Origin: Prorocentrum cordatum
Taxonomy: Eukaryota
NCBI GenBank assembly: GCA_963575745.1
Contig: CAUYUJ010000103.1
Span: 496,001 to 560,000, forward strand
DNA: 64,000 bases
Direction of reading: 5' to 3'
Part shown: positions 1 to 14,259 of the stretch, in pieces
Numbering within the stretch: position 1 is the first letter of the stretch
How the letters are laid out: every line of letters begins with the position of its first letter
Position numbers and translations under genes: made by a program
The notes under the pieces: model-generated
The model's database searches: none
Told to the model about the DNA's origin: nothing
The model's input: only the letters and a program-made list of their open reading frames with translations

Positions 1-195
1 TGTTGTGGTTGTTGTTGTTAATGTTGTTGTTTGTTGTTGTTGTTATTCGTGTTCTTGTTGTTGTGGTTGTTGTTGCGGCTGTTGTTGTGATTGTTCTTGT
101 TGGTGTGCTTGCTGGTGTTGTTTTTGTCGTTGTGGTTGTTGTTCTTGCTGTTGTTCATTTTGCGGCTGTTATTGTGGTTCGTGGAGTTGTTGTCG

Positions 196-229
<34 letters not shown>

Positions 230-1081
230 AGTTGTCGTTGTTATTGTTGCTGTTGTTGTTCTTCTTGCTGCTGTTGTTGCTGGTGTTGTTGTTGCTATTG
301 TTGTTATTGCTGCTGTTGTTGATCTTGAATTCGCACTTCTCAATCAGAAGTAATGTTGATCTCCCCTCCAGCGACAGTTGCATTGTTCAATTACCGTGCT
401 CCTCCTAGGGCTCACACAGTTTTTTTACGAGGGAAGCTCTTGAAGCTCAGATTCGCCCCTGGCCCCCGACTCATAACAACAGCGGCTCCCGCCTGATACG
501 TCCTCAAAATGGATTCCCAAATCGCGCTCTCGCGCGGCACCTCCCCACACATTCTACAGCAATTGCGCTCTCGCCCGGGACCTCCTCGCAATTTTTACAG
601 GAATCGCGCTCTCGCGTGGGACTTCATCGCAATCTCTTCAGACGCCGCGCCCTCGAAACTCAGGAATCACGCTCTCGCTGTTGCTTTTCTCACGATTTAC
701 TTGGGAATCGCGCTATCGCTGGAGACTTCTTTGCGATTCATGCAGGACTCACGCTTCAGCAACCCGCCTGCTAGACCTGGCCGCTTGGGCCCACCTTCCC
801 GACCCGGCCGCTAGGGTCTGCCCGCCCGATCTGCCCGTCTGGTTCTGCTACGTGTTTTCTGCTCCTAGCCGCCTTCCTGCTAATTTCTGTCGCGCTCAGA
901 CCTTCTCTCCCCCCCTTCATCCGTCCTCTCTTCCCTTGTTTTAGGGCCTGCGGTAATTCCACGTGGCATGTACTGAAGATATACCCCCAAGGGGGTACGA
1001 TCGAAGACGAAGAGGGCGGGTACCGATGCTTTGGGATATACGTGGTGAGTGACACGCGAGCAGGCAGGAGCGAACAGTCTT

Positions 1082-1130
<49 letters not shown>

Positions 1131-1182
1131 TTGTTGTTGTTGTTGTTGTTGTCATTGTTGTTGCCGTTGTTGTTGTTGTTGC

Positions 1183-1232
<50 letters not shown>

Positions 1233-1233
1233 G

Positions 1234-1303
<70 letters not shown>

Positions 1304-1314
1304 ATTATCGCTGA

Positions 1315-1365
<51 letters not shown>

Positions 1366-2225
1366 CGTTTCTGTGGTTGTTGCTGCTGCTATTGTTGTTG
1401 TTGCTGTTGTTGTTGGAGTTGTTGTGGTTGTTTTGGTTGTTACTGTTGTTGTAGTTGTTGTTGCTGCTGCTGCTGTTGTTATTGTTTAATGATATCTAAA
1501 GAATATTGTTATTGTTTAGTGATTTCTAAAGAATACTTACTGTTGATCTCCGAAATTGGTTCCGCGCGCTCTCGCCTCGACGCCGGCTACATTTTCTTTG
1601 AAAAAGAGGCTCCCGCTTGAGCGTTGGTTTGAGCCTAAATGTGGGTGGGTCCTTGGAGGCCCAGCTACGACGACAACGGCTCCCGCTCGATACTTCCTCA
1701 CACTTTACCCCGAGACACCATGGCCAGAGAGGCCCCCGAACTCAGGAACGGCGCTATCGCTCGAGACTTCTTCGTAACTCAATCAAGTTGGCGGAGGCCC
1801 AGGAACGACGACAAGGGTTGTTCCTGCTCGATACTTCCTCACGATTTGCTCTGAGAGCTCCTGGCCAAGAAGGCCCCCGAACTAAGGAGCGGCGCTCTCG
1901 CTCGAGACTTTCTCGTAATTCAGGAAAGCTGGTGGAGGCCCGGACACGGCGACAAGGGTTCCCGTTCGATATTTCTCAATGGGTATTCCGAGAGCCCCTG
2001 GCCAGAGAGGCCCCCGAACTCAGGGACGGCGCTCTCGCTCGAGACTTCTTCGCACTTCAGTCAGTGGCTGGCAAGGAAGAGTTCCCCCCCGAAAGGGGGT
2101 GCAATCGAAGACGAAGTGGGCGGGTATCGAGGGTTGGGGTATACGGAATGCAAGACACGCGTGCTAGTAAGAGCGAACGGATTTAACATGATTGTTGTTG
2201 TTGTTGTTGCTGCTGCTGCTGCTGC

Positions 2226-2257
<32 letters not shown>

Positions 2258-2365
2258 TTGTTGTTTTTGTTGTTTTTGTTGTGGTTGTTGTGGTTGTTGT
2301 GGTTGTTGTGGTTGTTGTGGTTGTTGTGGTTGTTGTGGTTGTTGTGGTTGTTGTGGTTGTTGTGG

Positions 2366-2426
<61 letters not shown>

Positions 2427-2500
2427 GATTGTTGTGGTTGTTGTTGTTGATGTTGTGGTTGTGGTTGTGGTTGTTGTTGCTGTTGCTGTTGCTGTTGTTG
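1..2500 (+). repeat. (GTT)n microsatellites (1-325, 1080-1485, 2190-2500) alternating with GCGCTCTCGC-repeat modules
   Basis: Both modules end in a shared motif ATCGAAGACGAAG.GGGCGGGTA.CGA (about 1000 and 2104). Confidence 0.85.
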
Positions 2501-3449
2501 CTATTCTCGGCCCCTGGGGGCCGTCGCCGGGCTCTGGGCCGTCGGAAAACGACTCGGGATGGACAGACGGCCTCGGGGGAAGGGTCGAGACCTCTGGGGG
2601 TCCTCGTTGTGAAGATACCTCTGCGTCGGGGGCCTGAGGTCCGATATCAAGGTTGGCTGGCCCGATCCGATTCGATTTCGTTCGACATTCCCACGATCCG
2701 ATTCGGCCCGATGTTTGCACGGGGAATCCTGGCGCGACTCGTCCGGTTCGATTCTGGTTCCGTGCCGATGCGGCCCGATCCGCGCGTTCCGACCCGACGC
2801 TGGCGCCCCTGGCAGGCCGAGCTGAGGGCCGAGGATCGCGGGCGGGAAAGAGTTCCCCCCCCCTCCTCCTCCTCCTCCTCCCCTCCTCCTCCTCCTCCTC
2901 CTCCTCCTCCTCCTCCTCCTCCTCCTCCTCCTCCTCCTCCTCCTCCTCCTCCTCCTCCTCCTCCTCCTCCTCCTTTTCTAGGGATACGGGGCGCCTCTGC
3001 TGCGACCCCACGGATGCAGGGCGGCTCTGCGCGACTGTCCTGAGCGAAGCGCATCCGTGCGGATCGCGTATCCATGCAGTCATGCAGGCCTCTCCATCGC
3101 GCCGTCGGCGTGCAGGGGATCGGGCTCCAAATCGAGTCGCATCGCCGATGCATCGGCGTTGCGGCGCGATCCTCCGACCCCATCCAATTCGGGCCCCATC
3201 TGGGGGGCCTCAACTCCATGGGGTCGCGCCTCGGTGCAAATCCAGGCGATGGACATGGATAAACCCAGACGTACTCCGTCATGATTTTTTGTTTGTTGTT
3301 GCACACTGGCTCCCCAGAGGTCTGGACCCCTGCTCAGGGACTGGCTCTTCGTCCTGAGTTGTTTTTCTGACGGTCCCGGGGCCTCGTGATGGCCCCCAGA
3401 GGTCGAAACATGCCAGAACCCTTCGTGGTGTCTCTTGTTTCGGGAGCCT

Positions 3450-3660
3450 TGAAACGGGGGTCAATGCAAACGGGGGTCAGCCAGAGCGCCCGATCTTGCA
3501 GGATCCTGCAGGGCCAAGGTCGCACTGACCAGGGTCTGGGCGCAGGATCCTGCAGCATCTTGCAGGATCCTTCGCGTTGACCCGGGTTTGGGTGCAGGAT
3601 CCTGCAGGATCTTGCAGGATTCTGCAAGGCCTGACTGACCCGGGTCTGGATTGGCCTGGT
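3450..3660 (+). repeat. Dispersed repeat with (CT)GCAGGATCCTGCAG palindromes
   Basis: Homologous to about 10008-10180; motif also at 7184, 7412 and 9790. Confidence 0.75.
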
Positions 3661-3699
3661 TCAGCAGATCCCCGATAGTCCACGGCGAGAGTCTAATTA

Positions 3700-4370
3700 G
3701 GCCTCCTAGATGGGATGGGGTCGGAGTAGATGGGGTCGGAGGATCGCGCCGCATCGCCGATGCATCGGCGATGCATCGTCGATGCGGAGCTCGCTGCTCT
3801 CCGCGCCGACGTCGGCGACGCATCGGCGACGTCGGCGACGCATCGCCGATGCATCGTCGATGCACCGTCGATGCGGCGCGAGCCTCCGACCCCATCTGCT
3901 CCGACCCCGTCCAGGAGGCCTCTGGAGAGGATGCCAGGGGGGCCCGCGCCTCGCAGGCACGTTCCTCGCTCCCCGGGAGGAGCTGGCCGAGGCGAAGGTC
4001 CGGGCGGCCGAGCGGGCGCGGCGCGAGGCCGCGGGGGCGGGCGGCGCGCCCGACGGGTCCGGGGGGCGGGCCGCCGCGGAGCCCGGGCGCCACGCCAGGA
4101 GCTCGAAGAAGGGCAGCAGCAGACGTCTTCACAGCGCTGAGGGTCGAGGCCTCCCAGAGGGGGTCGGAGTCGATGGGGTCGAACGATCGCGCCGCATCGC
4201 CGATGCGTTGGCGGTGCGGCTCGAGGTGGGGCCCGCGTTTCGCCACGCCCACGTCGTCGATGCATCGGCGACGTCGCCAGTGCATCGCTGATGCATCGCC
4301 GATGCATGGGCGATGCATTGGCGATGCGGTGTGATCCTTCGACCCCATCTACTCGGATCCCATCTAGGAT
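3700..4370. repeat. Two foldback units built from CATCGCCGATG palindromes
   Basis: AGATGGGGTCGGAGG...CCTCCGACCCCATCT arms around the perfect palindrome GCATCGCCGATGCATCGGCGATGC; related copies near 3130, 5925, 10240, 19020 and 50290. Confidence 0.75.
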
Positions 4371-4527
4371 GCCTCTACTGATGCCATCAGCAGTAGTACA
4401 GATAATACTTGAGACTGACAGTAATACGATTCACGCCGATCATACGAGTAGCATTTTTTTGAACGAGGAGAGCAGTGTGATTCAAAGTAAAGTGATAAGA
4501 ATGATGAGAAGAAGAGACGCGGTCGTT

Positions 4528-4564
4528 TTGTGGTTGCTGCTGTTGCTGTTGCTGTTGCTATTGC

Positions 4565-4623
<59 letters not shown>

Positions 4624-4765
4624 TTGATCTTGTTGTTGTTGTTGTTGTTGTTGTTGTGTTTGTTGTTGTTGTGTTTGTTGTTGTTGTTGTTGTCATTGTT
4701 GTTGCCGTTGTTGTTGCTGTTGTTGTTGTCGTTGTTGTTTCTGTTGCTGTTGCTGTTGCTGTTGC

Positions 4766-4813
<48 letters not shown>

Positions 4814-4927
4814 CGTTGTTGTTGTTGTTGTCGTCGTCGTCGTCGTCGTTGTTGTTGTTGTGGTTGTTGTTGTTGTTGTTGCTGCTGCTGTTGTTTGCTG
4901 TTGTTGTTGTTGTTGTTGTTGGTGTGG

Positions 4928-4985
<58 letters not shown>

Positions 4986-4991
4986 CGTTGG

Positions 4992-5065
<74 letters not shown>

Positions 5066-5070
5066 TTGAT
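4528..5070 (+). repeat. (GTT)n / (GTC)n microsatellite
   Basis: Direct reading. Confidence 0.95.
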
Positions 5071-6854
5071 TCTGCTGCTCATCTTGCGGCCTCTGTGGGG
5101 CCGCCGCCGCGCCCCCCAGGGCCACAAGACACCAGCCCAGGACGAAACGTTGGTCCCCGGGAACGGGTCGATACCTCTGGGGGATCTGCGCTGGTCTGGG
5201 TCTCAGATGCCGTTGCTATTTCGTGGGAGGCGTTCGTCGCAACGGCCGGACTCGTCGTGGAACCCCGGGCAGAGCGCACCCCTGGAGAGGTCCGTGGAGT
5301 GGTGATGTCTGTACCTTTCTGTCCCCCAGTACTTTTTATTGAAAGAGGTGCCCCGACCAGGGTCTGGCCAGAGGGTCTGGCCTGGAAGGTTGGCCGGGGT
5401 TGGCCGCAGGGTCAGGTAGGGTTGGCTAGAGGGTTGGCCGGAGGGTTGGCTGGTCCAGCTCTTCGACAGGCAGCTCTTTCTTCACCATCTGTGTCTTGGC
5501 GGAGGTCCGCTAGAGTTTCTTGGGCCAGCGCTGGACCCTCTTGCGGCCCCCCCGGTCCCGCCCCGCGCGCCAGGGACCCCCGGAGTTTCTCGATCGCGAT
5601 CGGTAGAGACCCATCGGCACTCCAAGTCGATCGCGACCGATTGCGACCAGTCGGTCGCAACCCATGTTGAAGCAACTCGATAGCGCCCGAGACTAGAATT
5701 CGAAGCACATCGGTAGCGACCGATGCTGGAATTTGAAGCAACATCGGCAGCGGGAGGGGGGCTCCAGCGCCAGCCCGAGGGATCCAGGCAGGCCTCCGAA
5801 GGTTCGAGTTGAAGTTTTTGTGTTTGTTGTTGTTGCTGTCCCTTCCAGGAGCCCCTCGCAGCTCCAGGATCGGTGCGATCGAAACGGGGACGGAATCTGG
5901 GCCTCACAGGTGAAGTCCAAGTTAGATGGGGTCGGAGGCCGCGTCACATCGCCGATGCATCGCGGATGCGGCTCGATGCGGAGCCCGATTCTCTCCATGC
6001 CGACGGCGCCGATGCGTCGCCGACGTCGCCGATGCGGTGCGATCCTCCGACCCCACCTGCTCCGACCCCATATGGGAGGCCTGTACGGGAGGAACGGGGA
6101 CGACGACCCGCAGCAGCAGGTCCTGCCCGTCCTGGGCAGGAGTTGCAGCGGGTGCTGCCCTCGGACGTCGCCCCCTCGAGGCACAGCAGGTCGGCTGTGC
6201 GACGGATGCCGCCGCAGGCTGCGGACAGCAGGGTCACCCGCAGGGGTGCGAAGGCGACAGCGCTTCGCGCATCGCGGCCCGAGTCGGACCGCTGGCCTCC
6301 CCCAGAGGGCGGCGCGAGCCTGCCAAGAGCTAGCTGCGCAGTGCCCATCGCGGGGCGCGGCGCCGCGCGGAGCGAGGCGACCTCAAGCAGGTCGCGTCCC
6401 AGACCTCCGTCGTGGCTTCCTCGCAGCGTAGCCGCCCCGAGGTCCGGGCCCCTTCCCCCTGGGACCCTAGTCAGGGGACGATTTTCGGTGCTCTTTTGAA
6501 GATTTTTGTTTTTTTTGACTACTTTTTTTTTGTTGTTCCTCCCAAAATCCGCCTGCATGCCCGACCTAATACTAGGACGAGGATGAATCCGTTCCGGAGC
6601 GCGCCGGAACGCTCTCAGAGCGTTCCAGAACGCTCTGAGAGGACCGCGGCGCCCGAGACGTCCTCCAGAGCCGCCCAGTCTCAGAGGTTCCGGACTATAT
6701 CCTTACACCCGAATTTCTTCCCGTCCTGGCTTCGCCTTTTCAGAGGCCCTCCGCCACGACAGCGGCCGCCGCTGGCTGTGGACGGCATCTGCTGCTGGGC
6801 GTCGTGCCCAGGCCTCCTCAGGCATATGTTTTTTTTTGATCCGCGGCCCCAGAT

Positions 6855-7071
6855 TTATGTCGGGCGTGTCCCCGTACAGGGGGGTTTTCGACTAAAAATT
6901 AAGAATACCCCCCAAATGCCCCAAAAAGGTAAAAAATATATGCAAAACATAATCCCCAGAATATTTTTGGAGTATTTATTTATTTGTATATATATATATA
7001 TATATATCTCTCTCTCTCTCTCTCATTTTTTCGTCGAAAATCCCCCTGTAGGGGGGACAGGCCCGACTGAA
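6855..7071. mobile_element. MITE family 1 copy (TIR about TTARGTCGGGCNTGTCCCTCTACAG), 8-bp TSD
   Basis: Imperfect TIRs; TSD CCCCAGAT at 6847-6854 and 7072-7079. Confidence 0.8.
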
Positions 7072-7263
7072 CCCCAGATGTCCCGGTCCCGGCCCTCGGG
7101 CCGCCTCCCAGAGGTCCCGTTGTGTTCCTGGATGGCTCCCGGGCCCAAGGGTGGGCCCTGGAGTCGGGGCTCGAGAGAGCCTCCTGCAGGATCCTGCAGG
7201 GCCACGGGGTTTGGGGTTCGGGATCCCGCGGGATCTTTCGGAGATTGATAGACCTCCTACCCT

Positions 7264-7395
7264 GACACGTCGATTAGTGAATTGGCCGTTTTCGGTTCGC
7301 GAGAGGGCGTCGCGGCCGTCATTTTTGCGGATCCAGGTCCGTCGGTTTCGGTCCCAGGCCGTTTTCACAAGGGGAGGTTTACTAAGGGGAGGTTT
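7264..7395 (+). repeat. Dispersed repeat (second copy at 8958-9090)
   Basis: GACACGTCGATTAGTGAATTG...CGCGGCCGTCATTTT...TTACTAAGGG in both copies. Confidence 0.8.
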
Positions 7396-9566
7396 GTCCA
7401 CCGCCGAATCTTGCAGGATCCTGCAACCCTTAACCACCCGGGTCTGGATTGACCCGGGTCAGTAGATCCCCGCTGGAGGCCGAGATCGAGGAGCCACGCC
7501 CGGATGGAAAGGATTTGAAACACACAAATTCCCTGAGGTCCGGGGAGGTTGTCTCCGCATTGGTTCGTTACTTCGGGGGTGTCCAGGAGAGGGGTGGTGA
7601 CCAGGGGGATTGGATATCATGGAGGTGGCCATGGCATCCCCCCAGATATCTTGGCCCCCTCGTCTTCTTTTGGGACGCACCTTGGTCCCCCCTCGGCTTC
7701 GCAGAAGCGCTGGGCCATGTTTTGTGACCCCCCCTCTTGGGAGACTGTTTTTTTGTGTATCTTTCGGCGCGTAACGGTCGTTACCCTGGCCAACCCCTCC
7801 CTCCCTCCGGGGTCACGGTAACGATCGGACGGTGGGGGGGAGGCTGGACCCCCCCCCACATGCTGGTGCCCGCGCGCATGCCATGGCGATCGCATGGCCC
7901 CCGCGCGCTGCCCCCGGGCCTTTTGGATCCACCCCAGGTAACGACCGCTGCCAGAATTTGTAGCACACTGCAACTGCGGGTAAGAATGACGGGGCGGGCG
8001 CGGGTGGTTCGGGGAGTGGGATGCGGGTGGGTCGCCGGGGGGTCGCAGGGAGGAGGACAACGAATGCAGCAGCAGCAAGCAGCGATCGGCAAACAAGCAG
8101 AGTCCAGACCTCGGGATCCCACTTCACCCACGCACCCGGGGATGGCGTACGCTTGGCGTTGCAAAGCTAACCTGCGATGTGGCGCCACCGGCCAGCTTGT
8201 TACACGCTACCCCTTACCTGGAGGAAGGCAGGGGGATAGCGTGCACCGACGAGACCCTCGCAGGGGGATATTGTGCGCACAAGGGGCCCTCGCGGGAGGA
8301 TCGTCTCACAGGTATATCATGCTTTTTGGAGATCGATGTTGCACGATATCTTTGCAACGCCAGCCGTAAGACCGTTTGGCCCCCTCGCTTTGGTTCGGAA
8401 AAACATAATCTTGGTGCTGGATGCCGCAGTTACGTTGCCTGCCGGAGCAGCGGCGCTCGGCGAAGCTGATCTGATCCTCGACCCCGTCCTCTTCCCTCCT
8501 CTCTCCTCCTCCTCCTCCTCCTCCTCCTGTTCCTCCTCCTCCTCCTCCTCCTCCTCCTCCTCCTCCTCCTCCTCCTCTATCTCTTCCTACGCTTCCTTCT
8601 TCTCCTCCCTCTCTTCTTCCTCCTCCTCCTCTTCCGCCTCTTCCTCTGTTGTTTTTCCTCCTCCTCCTTCTCTTCCTCCTCCTCCTCCTATTCCGCCTCC
8701 TTCTCGCCCCCTCTTGGATCTTCCCGAGTTGTTGTTTTTGTGCCCGCTCCGCTGCGCGCCCGCCACGCGAGGAGGTGCACGCCTCCTCGCCCCCGCTGCA
8801 CGCCGTGCCGCTCTCCCAGGACGCGGCCCTGCCGCCGGGGGCGCCCAGGAAGAGCGCGTCGGACCCGGAGGCGGTGCGGCGGCCGGGGGAGGAGGAGGAG
8901 GAGATCTTCGGGACCCAGAACCGTCCTCTTTCGGGGGTGGACAGAACCCCCAACAGTGACACGTCGATTAGTGAATTGTCCGTTTTCGGTTCTCGAGAGT
9001 GCGCCGCGGCCGTCATTTTCCAGGCTTGCGCCCGCCAGGTTTGGGCCTCAGGTCGTTTTCACTAAACCACGTTTTACTAAAGGGAGGTCTGTCCATCCCC
9101 GACTCTTGGCTCTCCTGAGCGACCCACGATGGCCTCCCTCGTCCTTTTGCTGCCTCTTTCTGGCTCTGGTCGCGGTCTCTGGCACTGGCCCTCTCTTGGA
9201 GCTCTCGATCCTGGTCGGGGCCCTCGCCCGGGCGCTGCCCGTCCTGGGGACCATCTCGCCGGGGTCGTTGTCAGGCGATCGCAAGCATGGATCAAGGGGG
9301 CGTGGATTAGCGAGGGGGCCCGTTTCCATGGGACGCCGCAGACTTCCGCCGCCGAGCGAGGCGGCACTGGCCGCATTATGGGGAGGGCACCTCCCCCGAT
9401 CCATGGATTTTTGCGACCGCGCGCCAAATCAAAGGATCGCTAATCCATGTTTGCGCGCCCCCGACGTTGCGCACGACTGCCTCGTGAGAGGCGCCTTTCT
9501 TCTTGCTCGGCGGCGTCGCGCGGCCGTTCTGCTGAGACGCTGCGGGCGCATCGGCGCCCCCACAGC

Positions 9567-9707
9567 TTTACGTCGGGCATGTCCCTCTACAGGACGAATA
9601 TTCAAAAATAGTCAAAATATAATATGGGGACGTTTTGTGTTTTTGACTGTTTTGGACTATTTCGGGGTATTTAGTTCGACTATTGTAGGGGGACATGCCC
9701 GAACCTA
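9567..9707. mobile_element. MITE family 1 copy
   Basis: TIR GTCGGGCATGTCCCTCTACA / TGTAGGGGGACATGCCCGA; TSD CCCACAGC at 9559-9566 and 9708-9715. Confidence 0.75.
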
Positions 9708-10404
9708 CCCACAGCTTGGCAAGGAAAGACATCTTCGGGGCTCAAGAGATGGGGGTCGAAGCAGGCGTGGGTCAGCCAGAGCGCCAGATCTTGCAGGACC
9801 CTGCAGGGACAGGGATGCATTGAGACCCGGGAGGAGGAGACCTTCCAGGCTCAAGATCATTTTGAACACGACTGGCTGTCCGCGCTGCCGCGGTCGTTGT
9901 TCACTGAAGACAAAAAACCGCCTGCCCAACAGCGGCCGCTGTCGGTTTTGGACTTGTTGGGCATTGTACCCTGTTTCCCCGCACCCATTTCGGGCGTCCA
10001 AACAAGAGACGGGGGTCAATGCAAACGGGGGTCAGTCAGAGCGCCGGATCTTGCAGGAGCCTGCAGAGCCAGGGTTGCATGGACCCCGGGTTCGGGTGCA
10101 GGATCCTGCAGGGTCCTGCAGGACCTTTTAGTATCTTGCAAAGCCTGACTGACCCAGGTCCGGACTGACCCAGGTCAGTAGAACCCCTAGATCTGGGGAG
10201 AGACACGGTTGCTGTTGGAGCCCGATGCTCTCCACGGCGGCGTCGCCGATGCATCGCCGACGCCACTGGTGCATCGGCGAGGCATCGACGATGCGGGCCT
10301 CGGGACACGGCCGGGCGGGCACAGTTTGCAGCCGGCTGGAGGGCGGGGTGGTCCAGCACAGGTTCCGGCCAGCAGGAAGGGGCTGCGAGGTCCGAGGTGA
10401 TTGT

Positions 10405-10565
10405 CAGGAGGGAAAAAACACAGACACAATTAATCGACGATTCCCCAGAAAATATGGGAAAATATGGGCGGTGGGGGGGGGGAAGACAAAAACCAAGAAA
10501 ATATGGGAGAATATGGGGAATATTTTATTTGTGTGTATTTATTTGTGTGTCCCAGTTCCCCTTCA
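10405..10565 (+). repeat. Approximately 160-bp host repeat (GAAAATATGGG family), uninterrupted copy
   Basis: Homologous to 41741-41903 and to the split copy 33805-33923 plus 41057-41093. Confidence 0.8.
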
Positions 10566-11989
10566 GAGGTGGTTGGTTCGAGAAGGGTTTTGGCCTTTTC
10601 GGTCTCTGGGGGCCAGTCCCAGGTCCCAGGACCGCTAAAAACGGATCCGTGTGAAAAGCTGCGCCAGACGGACCCTGGGAGGCGCCAGGGACATGTTACA
10701 CAATAGGTGCGCAGACTGACAGCAGCTCCTGTCTATTTTTGATGGGATTCGCTGTCGCGGATGTGGTCCATTTGAGACAAGGCCGCCCGCCCAACCTCTG
10801 CCGCTGTTGGTTCTGGACATTATTTGCTGATGGGCATGGTACCCATTTTTTCCGTACCCATGTCGGGCGTCCAGCGAAACGGTTGATGGACAAATTCTTT
10901 AACCTTGTATGCTGGTTTTTGTGAACATCCCCGGCGCCCCCAATTGCGGGCTGCGCCGCGATGTCTAGATCTGTCGACTGGCCAAAATCCTGCGCCCCGC
11001 TGGTGATGCCAACCAACATTGGATTGGGCGCAGGGGGCGCGTTGAAATTTGCGCTGGCCCCCCTCGCCGCGTGGGTGGTGGAGGACTTTGCCCATCAGCT
11101 AGGACTCGTCATGAAGCCAAAGGGGTCCCAGAGGTTTTCCGCCGTTTCTCGGGCCCCAATGGTCCTCCACGGGCCCTGGGACCGTCCAAAAACAACTCAG
11201 GTTGAAGAATTGGTCCCCGAGGAGGGCCCCGAGGTTCAGGACCCGGTTTCCCTCAGGACCCTTTTCTGTCATGGTAGAATACAGCGCGCCTCCGTCCTAC
11301 ATGACCCCCCTCCCCCAACCCTGGGAGCGCGCCCTGAAATCCTGGCGTCGCAGTTTTTCACAGCGGACGATTCTGCTCTGTTTCGGGACCCCAGGGCCCT
11401 CACGGATCGATACGGCCCGAAAAATGCACCAGAAAGATGGGTCCAGGGGTTTGGCCGAATTTTTGTACGATGTTGCAGTGTTTTCGTGACGTCGGATTCC
11501 AGGGCACGTCCATCCCCAGCTGGCCCCCCTTCCCCACAGGAAGGGGGATGTGGGGGTCGGGGCATTCTCTTGGTCAATACATGCTTTGGGGACTTTCTTG
11601 GGGTCCACCAAACGGACTCGAGTTTTGGGCGCTGGCTCGGCTCGAGCTTGGCTCGAGTCAGCGGACGTTCGACGCAATCTCGGCACGGGCGTTTTCTGCC
11701 GCTGCTGGCAGTCGGAGGGTTCAACACACTCCACTCCCTGGTAAAGTCATTCGCGGGGTCCAGAGCTCCCCCCGCCCTCTTCCGCGGGAAAATGATTCGA
11801 GGGTTCCAGAACACCCCCTGGCAACGACGACGACGACGCCGATGACGACGTCGCCGACGACGACGACGGCGACGGCGACGGCGAGGGCGACGACGCCGAC
11901 GCCGACGCCAACGACGACGACGATGACGAAGACGACGACGACGCGTACGACGACGCGTACGTCGACGCGTACGACGACTCCAGCGACGA

Positions 11990-13015
11990 CGATCGAGCCC
12001 TAGTGGGATGCGATTAATGCTGGAGCGAGTTCTAGGATTCTATCAGAGCTGGTCTAGCCCTGAGAGGATTCTATTAGAGCTGGAACCACCCCTAGCAGAA
12101 TTCGATTGCATATGAACCGAGCCCTTGTAGGATTCGGTCGGAGCTGGAACCAACATTACAGCGAATTTGCATTCATGCTGGATCGAGCTTCTTTTGAGTC
12201 CCATCAGACATGGATCCAACCTTGATGATATTCTATTAGAACAGGACCCAGCCATAGTAGGCTTCTATCAGAGCTGGATCGAGCCTGAGTCGGATTCTAT
12301 TAGCTCTGGATTCAATTTTCGTAGGATTCGATTTGAGTTTGATCGAATCCTAATCGGATTCCATCAAGTATGATTCGAGCCCTTGTAGGATTCTCAGAGA
12401 GCTTGATCGACCCCATGAAGGATGTTCTCAAAGCTGGTTAAGCCTTAGCAGGATTCTGTTAGAACTGGATCGAGCCTTAGTATGATTCGATTACAGCTGG
12501 ATCCAGTCCTAGCAGGATTCTGAGAGAGAGAGAGAGAGAGAGAGAAAAAGAGAGCTGGATCGATCCCCAGTACGATCCGAGTATGGCTGGGTCCAGTTCC
12601 ATAAGTTTGTCGAATCTCGCTAGATCTGTCCCCAGTGGGATTCTATTTGAGCTGGATTGACCCCTAGTGAGATGCTTTTAGAGTCGGTCTCACGCATCAA
12701 GCATACGGAAAGAGCCTTAGTACGACTCCAATCTAGCTGGATCCAGTAGGCGTGCATCCAGGACTTCATGACAGCTGGATCGTGCCTATGTATGATTTTT
12801 GTAAGGTCCATCCAGCCCTTTGCAATTTTCCAACGCCTCACGTGAATCCGTTTATCTCAACCCACGTCCGGGCCTTGCTTCTTCTTGGCCGTTTTCGGAC
12901 CGATTCGATTTAACCAAGCCTTGCTTGCTTCCAACCTTATTGTGAGAGCTGGATCCAGCCCTAGCATCCGGATTCTAGTAGAGCTGGATCCAGGCCTAGA
13001 GACAGCTGGATTGAA
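11990..13015. repeat. Old diverged minisatellite, period about 31 bp
   Basis: Consensus about GAGCTGGATCGAGCCCTAGCAGGATTCTATTA recurring with regular spacing; interrupted by (GA)n at about 12520-12550. Confidence 0.75.
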
Positions 13016-14259
13016 CCGTGGTGGCATTTTCTTATCGCTGGTGCAGACCTGGCGCCTGGCGCGGGCGTTGATGACAGGTGCGCCGCCGCTGACGTTGTCG
13101 CCGCCGTCGGCATCGTCGTACGCGTCGTCGTAATCGTTGTCGTAAGCGTCGTCGTCGTTGTTGCCAAGGAGGGCGGGGGAGGATTCTGGACTCCCCGCAG
13201 AATTTTCCAGGGGAGGATGGTAAGGGAAGTTGGGGGTCACTTGGTTTCCAATATTTTTCTGATTCTTGTTTAATGGGGGAGGGAGGGCCTTGGTTTATGT
13301 TCCCTCCTTATAATATATTTTTTGGCCAGCGGTGGTGGATCGCGCTCCCTCCAACATCGACGCGCAAGCGGAGCGAGTGGCTCCAAGGGGTTCCCACAAA
13401 AGAACATCAACTTTGCTATCCCCGACGTGCGTTTTTTTCACCACGCGGATCCCCAGGGGTCTCGGCCTGTTCCCCAGGATTGGCTTTTCTCCTGGAGTCG
13501 TTTTTTGACGGCCCCAAGGCCTGGCGAGTGCACCCAGAGGCCGAAACTGGCGAAGACTTCCCGTCGTTATTTTTTCTAGAGCGCGTGGATGTCTGGGGTG
13601 GGGTTATTTTTTTGTCGGCGGCGCGCCCGGGGAAACGTGTGCACGGGCGGGGGGTCTAAGAAGCCTCGGAAGGCTTCGGGCTTTCTGGTAAGTTTCTGAG
13701 CCTTCCCGAAGATGCAAGAGACTTCTCAGAAGGCCGGGGGATTCTGAGAAGCCCCGCCGCCTTTGAAACGGCCTGATCTTTCTCTATTCCCCCCCGTTCT
13801 CGATGCCGATCTTTTGCACCCCGAAGGAGGAGGACGTGGAACGGTCCTTGGCCAGACTCTTTACCCAGAAGCTGGCCAGCCGCCCGTCGGACGCTGGTAG
13901 CCAGGCTGACCTGGCGGCGCTGGCGCGGAGCCCGGCTCTTGGGCGACGAGATCTACGCTGGCTTGCGTATTTGAAGTGGGGGTGATTGACCTTCTGCGGA
14001 GCGGGCCCTCCCCCCCCCATTCCTCCTTCCTCCTCACCCTACCCCTCCTCCTGCTCTCCCCCTCCCTCACTCAAATAGGAGGGCTCGCCGCTGTTTGGTC
14101 CGAGCGTCGACGCATATCTGTATATTGTACGGAGAGTTGAGCAGTGCATTTAATTGCACCAAGACCGTCAATTACTGCGTATTTTTGTTTTTTTGAGGGG
14201 TTTCGGAGGCGCGGAAAAGGGTGCTGGGAGGGGGGGCCGCCGCGAGCATTGGGGCCTGC

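Noticed and set aside
1..5670. Poly-V/L/C/T/N/Q ORFs, and similar poly-P/S/E/G/R ORFs elsewhere including 61983-63248
   Set aside because: Trinucleotide microsatellite artefacts.
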